Shown: positions 63,705 through 64,000 of the stretch, piece by piece
Position numbering within the stretch: position 1 is the first letter of the stretch
Layout: the number at the start of each line of letters is the position of its first letter
Source: Lama glama
Taxonomy: Eukaryota
Length of the DNA: 64,000 bases
Direction of reading: 5' to 3'
Assembly: GCA_028534125.1 (NCBI GenBank)
Contig: CM052817.1
Span: 45,324,001 to 45,388,000 of the forward strand
Made by a program: the position numbers and the translations under genes
The notes under the pieces: model-generated
Told to the model about the DNA's origin: nothing
Seen by the model: the letters and a program-made list of their open reading frames with translations, nothing else
Database searches by the model: none

Positions 63705-63880
63705 AGATGAGCTGTGAGACTATGGGCAAGTTATTCAACTTTTCTTGGTTTATTTTCCTTGTCTCTAAAAGAAGAATAATAATAGTACCTACCTCACATT
63801 TTGTGGGGAATTTAAATGAGTTAATAACATCTAAGCACTTTCGATGGAGATTGGCACCTTGTAAATGTTTGCTATCTTTA
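63705..63880 (+). mobile_element. MIR SINE
   Basis: gggcaagttattcaacttttc...aataatagtacctacctcac...aaatgagttaata. Confidence 0.7.
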
Positions 63881-64000
63881 CTACTAAAAGGTAATGTTCT
63901 GTCTCCAACAAACATTTCTTCTAGAACCTGGATATCTGAAACAAAACAAAGAAAAGGCAGAATATGAGGATTTATGAAAACTGGGAAAAGTTCCAGCAGA

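Overview
Mammalian genomic DNA, most likely a camelid (Camelus/Vicugna/Lama), inferred from the tRNA-Ala-like SINE family present. The window follows the conserved G3BP2-CDKL2-ODAPH gene order. It holds the last three coding exons and long 3'UTR of G3BP2 (+, 769-~4840). Next is the complete CDKL2 kinase gene (+): CpG-rich promoter near 12.1 kb, 12 coding exons from 14631 to 37810 giving 569 aa, and a non-coding last exon. The two-exon enamel gene ODAPH/C4orf26 (-, 58483-51972, 164 aa) is convergent with CDKL2. The rest is ancient L1/L2/MIR/MLT/MER21/Charlie repeats, three young SINEs and a 500-N gap. Most notable: (1) a SINE inserted into the ODAPH coding exon now supplies its C-terminus and stop codon, with the displaced ancestral tail still visible downstream; (2) a candidate alternative last coding exon of CDKL2 (35884-36048) with its own poly(A) signal. 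Exon boundaries were derived by eye from GT/AG sites and frame continuity. Gene and repeat-family names come from recall, not database searches.
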